Assembly (NCBI RefSeq): GCF_036365525.1
Contig: NC_090383.1
Span: 105,119,397 to 105,183,396 of the forward strand
Source of the DNA: Heterodontus francisci
Lineage: Eukaryota
Length of the DNA: 64,000 nt
Reading direction: 5' to 3'
Each line of letters opens with the position of its first letter. Position 1 is the first letter of the stretch. The position numbers and the translations under genes are program-made. The notes beneath the pieces are model-generated. The model was not told the origin of the DNA. It ran no database searches and was given only the letters and a program-made list of their open reading frames with translations. Shown in pieces: positions 51,435-64,000 of the stretch.

Positions 51435-53869
51435 AATATGTCCATGAAACTACCACTGGGATACAGAGATGAGCACAACACTGAAAATCCAGTTTGATAT
51501 TTGTTTCTGTTATTTTCTCTGCCAAATTTTTCCCCTCCTGCTTCTCACCTCCTCCCCACTCCTGAAGCTACCAGCCCTGGTCACCCTCTAATATTGTGTC
51601 CAAATGTACATTGTTCACGTGAGCCCTAATGGCAGGCTGTTGTGCTGCACATGGATAAATTGGACAGCAATCAGATGTGGTTAAACCCATCAAATTTCAC
51701 CCCCGTTCGAATTGTAACCCTGCTGTCTCTGCCAGGGCCAAGACTAATCTGCAGAACTTGGGACTGTCTTCGTTTGTGGTTTGGCAACTAATTTGACAAA
51801 CTCACTTGGTCATTATGGAGCAGCCTTTATACTGATTTTATATATAATGGTAGTTATTTAGTAAACTTCTGCTGTTTTTCTTATACCAGTTTCTCCCACT
51901 CCTGCCCCCACATCATCTTAACATCATTGGAAACATTGTTTTCAAAGGAATAGTCTCATTACTGGAAATGAACACTTGATCCATATGCCATTTTTTTTGC
52001 CTACATTTTGCTGGTCTTTTAACTGCACATCCTTTGCTTTTCAAAATAATTTCCTTTCTTCAGCTTTTCAACTCTTGTTTTTTGGCTTCTGTCTTTATTT
52101 CATTTAAAGAATGTTTTATAACTTATCTTTGCCCCATTTGTAGCAGAAAACCTGCATCTCTGACTGTGTTGTTTTGGGTTTGGTAAAATGGGGAGAATGA
52201 ATGAAGCCTTATTTAAGAAGCATCAGCAAGTCATAGTAAATGTTTGAAAAATGGTACATGTTCAATAGTTAATTTTTGCACAGAACCATGTGGTATGCTC
52301 AGTTGAATTTTATTTACTGTTTTTGTGCAACTGTAAGATTACTTTTAAAAAAAAAAAATCAGGAAAAGCAGAAGGGTGCCAACCCAAAACATTGACTGGA
52401 TGTTCTCCGTAGATGCTGATTGACATGTGTATATAGCTTTTTATGTTTTTGTTTGGTTTCCAATATTTGCAATATTTTGATAGTCCAGTCTTTTTTTCCA
52501 GATGATGGATATTGATCTAGTTTAAGCTCTCATCCCACCACTTGCTTCTGATATTGTGACAGGAGTATAAGATAGAACTTGTATAAATAAAGCAGTTTGT
52601 GTGCATTTTTTAAAAATGCTAATGTCTTCTTGAGCATTAACATGATATCCCTTTTAAAACCTGGAAAAGTTAGATTTGCTTTTACCAAGTCTTTGAATGA
52701 CTTCAGTCATTTTAATATCATTTTGAATGAATCAGTTCCTGAACTTGTGATTTACAATGGCCATTAATAATTTTAGTAAACAAAAATGAATTGCAAAGTA
52801 TAATGCTGCTGCTGATCTTCCAGTCTGATGTTTTAAATGTTGGTGGAGTTGAGGGAGCTTGCACCAATGAAGCCACTGTTTTTGGTCATGTTTGGATTTC
52901 CAGACAGCTGGTGTAATATTGGGTGAACTGGGCTCAACTGTTGTATATTATCGATATACTGGAACTAGGGGTGGAGTTGACTGCAGAGGGAATTGTTTTC
53001 TTAATAGGCTCAGAGGAAACCATAGTGGAAAAAAAAAGACCAACATGGGTGCAGCCTGAGGATTACCACTATAATGACAATGAGAGACATTAGAAGAAAC
53101 ATTTTCATACAGAAGGTTAATAGAAAATGGTATGCTTTACCACAAGTGCTTACTGAAGCAGAGACTAAACATCATTTTAAAGGGAATTTGAATAGGTATT
53201 TGAAAGAGAGAATATTGATTGGTTTGGGATATGGGACCAGAGCAGATAGCTACATTTGTAGAGCTAGCACTACCACTAGCATGAATATTCAAATAGTCTC
53301 ATTCTGTGCTTTTGATTCTGTCCGTGGATTAATCTCTTTAGGACCTTTCAAATACATGCACAACATATTACAAAGTGAACATTGCAGCTTTTGGCATTAA
53401 GCCTTAAATTTGGAAAAGCCACTTCTGTCGAAATACAGGATTGAAGAGTGAATATCGTCATTTCTAAGTAGTACTCAAACATTCCTTCTGGGAGGGTCTT
53501 TGAATTGCTGTTTAATTAGTGGAACTGACAAAATGATATAAGGTTTCATATAAAGGAAATATGTTTTCACTTTTTGGAAGGTTGGATTAAATTAACCTTT
53601 TACTTTTAGGCTGTGGAAATATTTTTCAGAAAGTCACTATGCTGTGAGAGGGAAGGAGAAGTGAATGTGTTGGTAGAACAATTCAAATGTTGGTGAGCCT
53701 TTGACGCTGTGGTGTTTTAAATATTCAATGGAGCTTGCATTTATAGTGTGCCTTTTGTGACCGTGAGATGTTTCAAAGCATTATACCGTGTAGCTGTTGC
53801 TGTAATGTAGAAAAATGTGACAGCCAAATTTCTCTCAGCAAGGTCCCATGAAAAGCAGTGAGAAACAAG

Positions 53870-54940
53870 GTACATAAAGGATTGGGAGAGGCAGATAGCA
53901 CTACAGTAAGGTGGAGTAAGGTTAAGAAGGAATCCAATTAGATCTATTTTGGGGTTACAGTGCATGTATGTAAACGCATAAAGCGTGGTAAATAAGTTTG
54001 GTGAGCTGCAGGCGCAGATAGCCACATGGAAATATATGACGATAATGTAGAGCTGGTTCAAAAAAGGGTGGAACTGGATGATAAATATAGCTGGATGCAA
54101 GGTGTTCAGGAAAGAAAGGAGGAGGGGTGGCAGTATTGATTTATGGAGGATATTCGTGCTGGAGAGCACAGATGTCCTAAAGGAGTCAAGGACGGAATCT
54201 ATTTGGATAAATATCAACTAGTGGGAAAGATACAGAGGAGTAAATTTGCAGGGAAATTGCAGAGGTGAAGGAATGATAGAATCCTGGTAATGGGGAATGT
54301 CCATTTTCCTAATATCGACAGATAGTAATAGCATAAAGGGCAGAGAGGGGGAAGAATTTCTGCAGTGTGTTCAGAAGAAGTTTCTTGATCAGTACATTTC
54401 AGGTCCAGTGAGGAAGGAGACTTTGTTGGATCTGGGGACTGAAGTGGGTCAGGTGAATTAGGTGCCAGTAGGGGAATATTTGGGGGATAGTGATCATTGC
54501 ATCAGAAGGGTTAGCTTAGCTATGGAAAAGTTCAAGGAGCAATCTAAAGTAAAAATACTTAATTGGAAGAGGGCCAATTTCAGGGGTCGAGAACGGATCT
54601 GTCCCACGTAAATTGGAATCAAAGATTGGCTGGCAAAACGGTAATCGAGCAATGGGCTGCCTCTAAAGAGGAGATGATGGTTTGGTGTGGCCAATGTGCA
54701 TTCCCAGGAGGGGGGAAAGGTACAGCAACCTGAGCTCCCTGGATGGTGAAAGAGATAAAGTAAAATGAAGTAGAAAAAGGGGGTGTTATGACAGATGTCA
54801 GGTTGTTAACACAAGTGAGAACTGGGCTGACTATAGAAAGTTCAGAGGGGAAATGGAAAAGGAAATCAGAGAGGCAGAGCACGAGAAGAAACTGGCAGCT
54901 AACATAAAAGGGAATTCAAAAGTTGTCTTTGGGCATATAA
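53870..54940 (+). mobile_element. Decayed CR1 internal fragment (APE endonuclease region)
   Basis: Remnants of CMYVNA.S..NK..EL, RRRGGS, MG...FPNID and LGDSDH, the CR1 endonuclease motifs. Confidence 0.75.
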
Positions 54941-56066
54941 CAGGCTAGGTAGAATCTCTGGAGAGATGAAGGTAGGGTTAGATTTACAGCTTAAAAGTGA
55001 AGATTTGAAAAATTACAAAAAATGACTTACTGAATATTCACCAATCCTGTTCTTTCCTCCACCTGACCCTAGATCTGGTTTTTCAGATTTAACTTTGAAT
55101 TAGGCACCTGTATAAATTAATATCTGAGTACTTTGTGCCCTAAAACAAAAGAGATATTTACCCCTTTGAATACTGGAAGGTGCAGGAAATTCCATGCTCC
55201 TTTCCCTGATCAGTTTAAAAAAAAAGTTTTGTATTGTGTTGCTCGGTGCAAAAATAAACCCTTATTCATCAGTAATGAAGTTGCTCAAATGCTTGGAATT
55301 ACTGTACTGATATCTTGTAAGTTGCTAATTTACTACTGATGCTTTTGCTTATAAAATAAACTTTAAACACATCTTTTCCCCCACCCACCTCATATTCTTG
55401 CTTCTTCATTATGCCTCTTCTGATTTTCTTCTAACTTTGTTAGCAAGCTATTGTATGCTAAGATTATGTAATTTTTTTTGGTGTGCCTCATGTTTCCTGG
55501 TATCATTTCAGACAAGACTTGCATTCAAAAAATTACTCTCGAGTCTTTGGATTTTTTTTTTTAGACAATCATGAGCCAAGAGTATAAATACTGTCATGGG
55601 TGCATCATGACGCAACCATGTCATCTTCTCACTCATTTTAAAACTGACAGCTCAACAAATTACCTTGACTGTACACTGATAAAATTACTTGTCCAGCTCT
55701 AGGTTACAAATCCTGCTGTCGCGACACCAAATGCTAGGACTGTTTATCACTTGACTGTTCTGAAGGACAAAACTTTTGGGATGTCGAGTATAAGCCACGC
55801 CTTGAAGATGCACTTAACCTGAGATTCCCTCAAGTAAAATAACCAGAAATCTTTTTGTTCACCTACAATGTGCCAGAAGATCCAATTTGATTATTTGGTG
55901 GTAATTCTGAGAAGACAGTGGATCCTTCTTGTGACTGAGGTTTTGCATTCCTGTTCAGTGGAGATGCACAGCCTGTTGAAGCAAGCCATTGAAAGAAAGA
56001 CTTGCATTTTTAGAAGTGCCTTTCGTGTCTCGAAGTGCTTTACAGCCAATTAAGTACTTTTTTGAA

Positions 56067-56600
56067 ATAAAAACACGAATTGCTGGAAATACTCAGCAGG
56101 TCTGGCAGCATCTTTGGAGAGAGAAGCAGAGTTAACGTTTCAGGTCAGTGACCCGTCTTCAGAACTAGAAGATATTAGAAATGTGAAAGGTTTTAAGCAA
56201 GTAAAGTGGGGGTGGGGCAAGAGATAACAAAGAAGGTGTAGTTAGGACAAGGTCACAGAGAATAACCGAAGGCCATGGAGCAAAGACAAACAATATGTTA
56301 ATGGTGTGTTGAAAGACAAAGCATTAGTACAGATAGGGTGTTAATGGACTGAAAACTGAACAGCCACAAGCACAAACATGAAAAAAACAGTGGGTAGGCA
56401 AACTGAACAAACTAAGATAAAATAAACACAAAAAAAAGAAAGTAACTAAAAATAAAAGTAAAATGCCCGTTATGCTCTGAACACGGATATAGGTGGGAAG
56501 AGACTGGACCAGCGGACAAAAGATAGTCAAGACAGGAAGAAATAAGTTCAGGGGGGCAGGAGCAGGCTGACACAATGGGTCTGCTGGGACAGTGCTATTT
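56067..56600 (-). mobile_element. Penelope-like element 3' fragment with 13-bp TSD
   Basis: GTACTTTTTTGAA at 56054-56066 and 56601-56613. Contains the shared terminal motif and a hammerhead core. Confidence 0.75.
56130..56166 (-). ncRNA. Minimal type I hammerhead ribozyme motif
   Basis: Minus strand AGUU-CUGAAGA-c-GGGUC-acu-GACCU-GAAA-C-GUU-AACU: CUGANGA and GAAA boxes, stem II, stem I AGUU/AACU, palindromic AACGUU in place of helix III. Confidence 0.7.
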
Positions 56601-59600
56601 GTACTTTTTTGAAGTGTAGTCACTGCTTTAATGTAAGAAACGCAGCAGCCAATTTGCACACAGCAAGCTCCCACTAACAGCAAGGTGATAATGATCAGAT
56701 AAGCTCTTTTTGTGATGGCGATTGAGGAATGAATATTGGCTAGGGCACTGAGGATAGCTGTTGTGCTCTTCCTTGAAATAGTGCCCTGGAATCTTTTACT
56801 TCCACCTGAGAGGGCAGACCGAGCCTTGGTTTAACAACTCATCCGAAAGACGCCACCCCTGAAAGTGCAGCACTCCCTCAGTACAGCACTGGAGTATTGG
56901 TCTTGATTTTTGTTCTCAAGTCTTGGAGTGGGACTTAACTCAGAAGCAAGAGTGCTACCAACTGTGCCATGGTTGAAAGCACTTGAGACGATTACAATGC
57001 AGAGAATTTTTCTTACAGCTTTGTATCTGTATAAGGACCACTTCAGTAAGGCCTAAGCAAAGATTCCTCCCTTCTGCCTTGAAGTGGCTAATGCTTGATA
57101 TTATTCTTGACACCTAAAAACTGATTAAGACACATCTCAGATAAATGTACAGTTGTCTAAATGTCAGTTTGTGCCTATGTATAAGTGTAATATATATTGT
57201 TTGTATGTATGTGTGTATAAAGCATCTCAAGATGTCGACTTTGGTTCCGTGATGGAACTCTTGCCTCTGAGTAAGGAGTTTCACGCCACATTCCAGAGAC
57301 TTGGTCACATAATCTAAGTTGATTGCAGTACCGAGGGAATGCTGCACTGACGGAGGAGACAGTTGAGGTATTAATAATGGTCAGTTGGTTGAGCTACACG
57401 AGGATGACCACAAATGAAACTGCATTCCAGCAATGTCTTTGAGAAAAGGGGGGATTATTTTTAAAGCAGTTTGTTCAAAACAAGCAATTGGTTGTTGACT
57501 ATCTAAAATGATAAGTCCACACAATGAATACAACTTCCATCTTTTGGTGAGGGCGTAAAATGGGAGGTATTGGATCAGCTGCCCGTTATACACCTTCCTT
57601 GAATTTCCGATCCAGTGAGGTTAAAGGAACAGAAAATCCGGCAGAGTGTACAATGGGCAGCTGTTCCAACACCACCTGCTTTATGCCACTGCCAATGTTG
57701 AAAATTTCACCAATACTTTTGCTTTGAGTAGATGGGCTCCTGTGGTATATGTAGGATTGTATGTCTAAAGGACTAGCCAACCTTGTTACAGTAATGCAGT
57801 GTCCCATCTGTGGTGTATTTTTTCATGCATAACAGTGGGATGAAAATCTGTTGTTAATTACCTTATTTTAGCAAGGTTTCAGATTGCACATCTTTAGATC
57901 AAAGCTTATGTGAATTTGTAAAGCTGAAAGTTGCAGCAAGTTAGAGAGCAGGATACAGAATGTTGCCCTGATTAAATTGTGTTCAGTTTTGTGCCAACTC
58001 TGCCCTAGTTCTCTTGACTTTCTTAAGCTATGATATGTCTTGGAAATCCTCTTTGAATTGTTTCTCGATGTGCGTTGAAACCAAATTGCAACATAGCAAT
58101 AAAGCTTGAAAATCCTTGTTTATGATTATGCCCTTTGGACTGAACTTATTGCAGTAGAAAACAAACATAGGCTAGTTTTAAGTTTTAACCTGTGGCATTG
58201 CTCACAGATAAAGAATCACATAATTAAAACATTTAACCAAAATAAATATGTTTTATAAAGTTGTTCTTTGGTAATTTGGATTTTGGTTGCTTTCCATTCT
58301 TACGTTCTCCACTGTTCGTGTGATTGCAGCTGCTGTGAAATGGGAAAGAGCAGGTGGGTCAGTCCAATTCTGTATGATGACTTCAGGAGTAGTACTGTGT
58401 GTGATTGTATTGTGAAACTGAGGCAAATTTTCAGTGATGTTTTTCAGGCACTCTGGTTGGGGGAGTGAACCTGAAGTGCACCTTCCAAACCCAGAATATC
58501 TACCACCTAGAAGGACAAGGGCAGCAGGTGCATGAGCTCACCACCTGCAAGTTCCCTTCCACGTCATGCGCCATCCTGATTTGGAAATATTTTGCTGGTT
58601 CTGTGCTGTAAGCCCATGCCCACCTGGAAATGGGTTGGGACTGTGCAAACTTGTTTCACATGGGGGCCTTGTAACTTTACAACCAGACGATAAAGTTTAA
58701 TCCCATTTGTCTAGACTACATTTGAACTTAGTTTCCCGGTCAGTGTCTAACCCACTCGTCATCCAGTTCCCTTGTTTTTACATTTATTTTTAAAGGACCA
58801 AAGCAGAGGGTGGGGGGGGGGAGATTGGCACCTGTATGTTGGTAGTTATTTGTTGGAATTGTGGTGGTTTAGTAGAATATTTTAGGTGGAATGTGATTTG
58901 GTTACATGCCAATAAATAAGAAGAATGACATAAAACACCAAAGGGGAGCGAAGTTGACTGGTTTGATGGACTCCAAATATATGTTTGTAGATATCTGACT
59001 GTTGGTGTTTGAAAGACTGAGGGGAAAGTACATAAGAGAAGCAAAAATTGGACCAAAACGGTTCAAAACTAGTTGTGCTTTCCTGCAGTGATCAAATCGC
59101 ACTTTTTAAAAAATAATTATTTGTTTTCTGGGGTGAGGGGGAGGAATAATGCAGCAGAGCATCAAATGGGTAAAAACTATGGAAGATAAGCTGTTATCTG
59201 AAGTGTCTGGTGCATTGCAGTAACGTAATTGTTTTCACTCTTTCCATATTGGTATTTACACTTTTCTTGAAACCGTGCCTACCTACCAAGATTATGAATG
59301 TGAACATTTTCTTGATTTTAAGTAAAAAGGGTGTGGTTGTATGTAAACAACAGTATATTTTGTTTCATATTCCTGATTTAGCAGCAGGTGTAAAACTAGT
59401 TCTTTAGCTATGTGATACAAGTTTCAGTTTCACATTCAGCCTCTCAGCTCCAACCCATGTGACTTTCAGTGCTAGGATATGTATTAGACTCTGGCAAGAA
59501 AATATGCACATATACAACTACTGAAAGCAGTGAAACTTTCAGTAGGATTGTATCCACAGTGAACTGGTGACCTTTGGAAAGTCAATGACTGGCCTGATTG

Positions 59601-59809
59601 TGTTCCAACCTTGCTACAGACTATTTGTGGTTCTGGTAATTCACATAATAGTGATGGAAAGTGAAATCTGCATTTCCCAAGAAATCACAATTTTGAGAAA
59701 ATTAATACCCTGAATATTTACGTTTCTCAGGGTAAAGTACACAGGTAACAGGAGTAGTTTATTCAGCTTTTTTTGCCATTAATTCAGATCATGGCTGATC
59801 TTTACTTAA

Positions 59810-60358
59810 GAGGATGGGTAATCTGCGACTTGTGATTCACCTCCTGACTCCTCAAAGCCTTTCCGCCAGCGACAAGGTGCAAGTCAGGATGGAATACTCT
59901 TCCCTTGCCTGGATGAGTGCAGCTCCAACAGAACTTGAAGCTCCACACCATCCAGGACACAAACAACCCTGTCCACCACCTTAAACTTTCTCTCCCTCCA
60001 CCACAGGCACAATGTGGCTATTGTGTGTACCATTTACAAGATGCATTGCAGCAATTTGCCAAGGCTTTGACAGCACCTTCCAAACCTGTGACCTCTACCA
60101 CCTAGAAGGACAAAGGCAGAAGGCGCGTGGGAACACCACCACTCCAAGTCACGCACAATCCTGACTTGGAAATGTATCACTGTTCCTTCATCGTCACTGG
60201 GTCAAAATCCTGGAACAGCACTGTGGGAGTATCTTCACTCTCAAACTATAGCGGTTCAGGAAAGCTCACCACCACCTTCTTGAGGACAATTAGGGAGGGT
60301 AAATAAATGCTGGCCTTCCTGGCTTATGCCACCCACATTGTGAATGAGTTAAAAAAAA
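59810..60358 (+). mobile_element. CR1/L2-group LINE 3' fragment (second family)
   Basis: HLLTPQSLSA..K.QVR.EYS..AWMSAAP remnant, shared tail and poly-A end. Confidence 0.8.
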
Positions 60359-60424
60359 AAAACTCCATTTGCCCATTGTGCTCCATATCCCTTAACAACC
60401 CTACCTAACAGATACCTATTGATG

Positions 60425-60587
60425 TAAAAGCAAAATGCTGCGGAAGCTGGAAATCGGAAACAAAAACAATACTGGAAATTCTCAGCAGATTAGGCAGCAT
60501 CTGTGGAGCGAGAAACTAAACATTTCAGGTCGATGGCCTTTTATCTGAATCTCTGATGAAAGGTCATTGACCTGAAATGTTAACTGA
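60425..60587. mobile_element. Penelope-derived fragment with back-to-back inverted hammerhead-like motifs, inserted in an old CR1
   Basis: Plus-strand CTGATGA-aaggtca-ttgacct-GAAA at 60553-60577, mirrored by tttcaggtcgatggccttttatc at ~60523-60545. Degraded CR1(-) on both sides (~60360-61000). Confidence 0.65.
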
Positions 60588-61447
60588 GACATCTGTTGAT
60601 CTGGGGCTTGAAAATTTCAATTCACCCAGCGTCCACAGCCGTTTGTTGCAGAGAATTGCAGACTTCTACTAAGCTGTGTTCAAATGATTCCTAATTTACT
60701 CCTAAGTGATCAATTTTAATACTAATTTTAAGATTATGCCCCCATGTTCCCCACCTACAGAGAAACCGTTAGATCACACTTATAATTTTGAAGATCTCTA
60801 TTTAAATCACCTGTCAACCATCAAAATTCATGGAAATACAAATCAATTTTATGCCGTCTGTCCTCCATGATTTAACCCTTGAATCCCTGGTATTCTGATG
60901 AATCTACACTCTAGACTTCTACAAGGCCAGTATATTTTCCCTTGGGTTCAGTGCCCAAAACTGAATACATTTCTCCAGATGGGGTCTGACCTCTCAGCTT
61001 GCATGTACTTCTACACCACATCATCTTCATAGACTTTTCTCCCTTGTAGCTATTCCACCTTGACAAGCTGCTTGCTCATAGGTCTTTGTGGCTGCCCAAC
61101 AGGGAGCGTATGTGTAAGATGTCATATAAAAGGAGCAAACCTCTGCCTTGTTCCTGTACTTGACTCCCCACATAACTGAAATGAGGAACTTCATAGCAGT
61201 ATGCAGTGGTGCAAGTGTGTTAAGGAACCTCTTGGACGAGTGGTTAAAATCCAAATTAGTCCAGTCAGATAGTGAAAACAGATTGCATATGCAGCACTAT
61301 ATGGTGTCTAAATATTGAATCTGCTCTGTGCTTAGCTGTTTATCAGCTAAGCAGAAGTGAGGAAGTCAGTAACTACTGAAATTTTACTTGGATTTATTGT
61401 GGAAGTGACACTTCATGAATATTAAATTGATTTTGTTTAATTTTCAG

Positions 61448-61629
61448 CCAAGCCAGGAGGTCAGGTGAGGTGTCAGTACTTTCCAGCGGTGGATAAAGTT
61501 GTCTTTGTGGATGACTATGCAGTTGGATGTAGAAAAGACTTGAATGGCATCTTGTTGCTCGATACGGCACTACAGACCCCTGTTTCAAAGCAGGATGATG
61601 TGGTTCAGCTTGAATTGCCAGTTACAGAG
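61448..61629 (+). CDS. BIRC6: BIRC6 coding exon 2 (AKPGGQVRCQYFPAVDKVVFVDDYAVGCRKDLNGILLLDTALQTPVSKQDDVVQLELPVTE); gene continues beyond the window
   Basis: Acceptor ttttcag|, donor |gtaaga. 182 nt, restores frame after exon 1 (378 nt total). Near-identical to mammalian BIRC6. Confidence 0.96.
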
Positions 61630-63562
61630 GTAAGAACATTTTCTGTGCCTGAATGGCTTCTCATTTTTAAAGATTTTTTTCTTCCTTGAATTGAACGGAT
61701 TAGTGTGTGTGTTATAAAGATTGTACCTTAGCAAAGAATGTGTCCTGTAAGAGTGAAGAAGGATAAATAAATACCTATGTGTCTGATCATTTATGTTTGC
61801 CTGCAAGTTAGCTAATCAGCCTCACTTTGGGCAGTATTTTATCTTGCTGCCAACCATGACCTTCCTGCTGCAAATTAGGGCTGATGACCTGGCACAGATC
61901 AACAACTGGCACAGATCAGCTAATGCCACAGAGTGATTTTGGGGGCCTTCCACCAGAAGCCTTGGATTTTATTTCCCTCCCTGTGGTGGGACAGGACATC
62001 CTGCAGTGACATCCTATTTAGCAGTAACTTTTAACTGTGGAAGTTAAAGTTAATAAAAGTTAAATGGATAATGACATGCTTAAAGTCCTGGAAAAAATAT
62101 GGATGCCTGAAGACTACGGTCTAAAATGGTGGGGGCTGCAGTGCTGTGTTGCACTGTATAGTAGGGTACTGATTATATTTTGTTGTTTTTGTTGTCTTAC
62201 TCAGAATCTACCTCTTTTGATGTCTTGAAAAGACAGGTCTGCATTTCTCAAATGGAAATAGCGGAATTAAGACACATTTTCAACCATATAGAGAAATGTG
62301 AAAGCTGGGCTACTAAATTAATATTGTACTTTCTGCAAACTCAGTCAGCAAACTGGATAAAATGATTGCAAAAAGATCTTAAATGTCTCCCTTCTCCCCT
62401 GTCCACATTATAGTACATTTCTCAATATTCCCAGTCACAAAATTTTGCCACCAAGAACTGAAAAGGTCTTTTTATTTTAGCCTTTTTGTACATAAGTAGC
62501 TTGCTGCACATTAGTGATTTGATGAGTAATCACAAGAAAAGTATCCTCATTCAAATACTAGGAGAAAACCTACTAGGAGTTTCAAAAAAAAAAATTGCAG
62601 CGCAAAATTCATAGTAGTTAAACTGTTTTTTTTATGAGTTCAAAAATGAAAGGCAAATTACTCCATTCTTCAAGTGGCATTTTTGGAACTGTTACCATGT
62701 CAACTTCAGACATGCAGCGGAATTTTCATTCTCAAAATTACCTAAATTATACAGCCTTAAATCTTTCATAAAAGGTTGGCGATAAGTCTTGATGCTAGTA
62801 CAACTTAATCTGGAAGACTAACTGCAAAAGTGAATGCTATGAGCTTTTATCCCATTGTTGTCATCGTTAATTTTTCATTAATCCATCAATTCCTAAATAC
62901 AATAGCCAATTTACCCACCTTCTCCCCACCATGGATGTTCATGCTTATTTTAGAATATCCAAAAGATGTGGATACCTAGAAATGACTGCAAGGCAGCAAT
63001 CCTATAAGAATTCTGATGACATCCTTAACCACAAGGGTGTACACAAGTGTTTTGTTCATGCATCTGACTCCAAGGTGACATTATAACCGTGAAATCTGTC
63101 TTGTGTTCATTGTGGATGTTTTCCTCCCAGTGGGTATCATGCCAGTTTCTTGAAATATGATGCTCCCTAGTGGGTTGAGCATCGTAGCATAGCCTCATTC
63201 AATCTGAATGATAAACCATAGTTGATCGCTTTGATCGATAGTATGCTATATATCTTCTTACACAATAACAGTGATCTTTTTGATCTTTGCGCTCAAAATT
63301 TCAGAAAAGTTTAATTGAACTGCAAATAATTTACTGTTAATTTTCCTAGTAAAATCTGAATTATAACATGATCCAATATCTAATAGCTCCTCTTTGTGAC
63401 ATGATGTGTGCAAATGCTTTCAGCTGAGGATATCTGTGGGCTTCCATTCCCCCAAATACTATTGGACTGTTTAATGTTGTACCGTATCACAAAATGCCTC
63501 CTATAGCACTTTTTAAAACTGTCAAATGCTCATTACTACTTTCATACTTTTGACTATTTCTC

Positions 63563-63890
63563 GTTTCAGTGCAGTACTGAGGGAGTGCTGCATTGTCAAG
63601 GTTGTCATCTTTAAGGGGAGATGTTAGACTGAGGATATAACATCTGTATTGGCACTGCTCAAAGAAGAACAGAGGCATTCTCTTGGCGGTCTGGCCAATA
63701 TTTATCCTTCAACCAACCCTACCAAGACTGATTTTTTTGGATATTTTGTGCGATTTGGCTGTACACAAATTTGACTGCTACGTTTCCCTACATTAGAACA
63801 GTGACTATTATTTAAAAATACTTCATTGACTATGAACTGCTTGGGTTCTCCTGAGGTCATGAAAGGTGCGATTTAAATGCGCATTCTTTC
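63563..63890 (+). mobile_element. Deu-domain-like SINE
   Basis: cagtgcagtactgagggagtgctgcattgtc...ctggccaatatttatccttcaaccaac...ctgaggtcatgaaaggtgcgatttaaatgc. Confidence 0.75.
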
Positions 63891-64000
63891 TGCTCTCTCT
63901 CAACTGTTCAGTAACGTATTTTTTTGTAGCCAGCCTTATTCAGTAAGTGAATAGAACAGTGAATACTGCTCTTTCCTTACAATGTGAGGAGTACTGCAGC

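Larger units (their letters stand above)
55990..56960 (-). mobile_element. Deu-domain-like SINE split by a Penelope-like insertion
   Basis: Reverse complement of the 24475-24812 family at 55990-56066 and 56601-56960. Confidence 0.75.

Noticed and set aside
43579-61447. Additional BIRC6 coding exons in the ~17.9-kb intron
   Set aside because: Exons 1 and 2 join in frame and match the known protein continuously (…RLN-AKPGGQV…), so none is needed.

Overview
This is AT-rich, repeat-dense vertebrate genomic DNA. The repeat content (CR1, L2, RTE, Penelope-like elements, Deu-domain-like and other tRNA-derived SINEs) suggests a cartilaginous fish, probably a shark; that is an inference. Two host genes lie on the + strand. 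YIPF4 is complete, with 6 coding exons at 2835-20162 giving 247 aa, all introns GT-AG and phases consistent. BIRC6/Apollon contributes its first two coding exons (43383-43578 and 61448-61629). This is the same YIPF4-BIRC6 order as human 2p22. Almost all other long ORFs are decayed transposon fragments or low-complexity artefacts. Notable structure: minimal hammerhead-ribozyme motifs in Penelope-like relics; a C-rich minisatellite with tandem GATA/CpG/G4-type motifs ending about 240 bp upstream of the BIRC6 ATG; a gag-deleted Gypsy element with both LTRs; solo LTRs; two three-level nested insertions, one with a 73-bp target-site duplication; and inverted repeat pairs inside the YIPF4 pre-mRNA. 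I found no convincing evidence of a wholly new biological system. TE family names come from recognition by eye and need RepeatMasker/Dfam confirmation.
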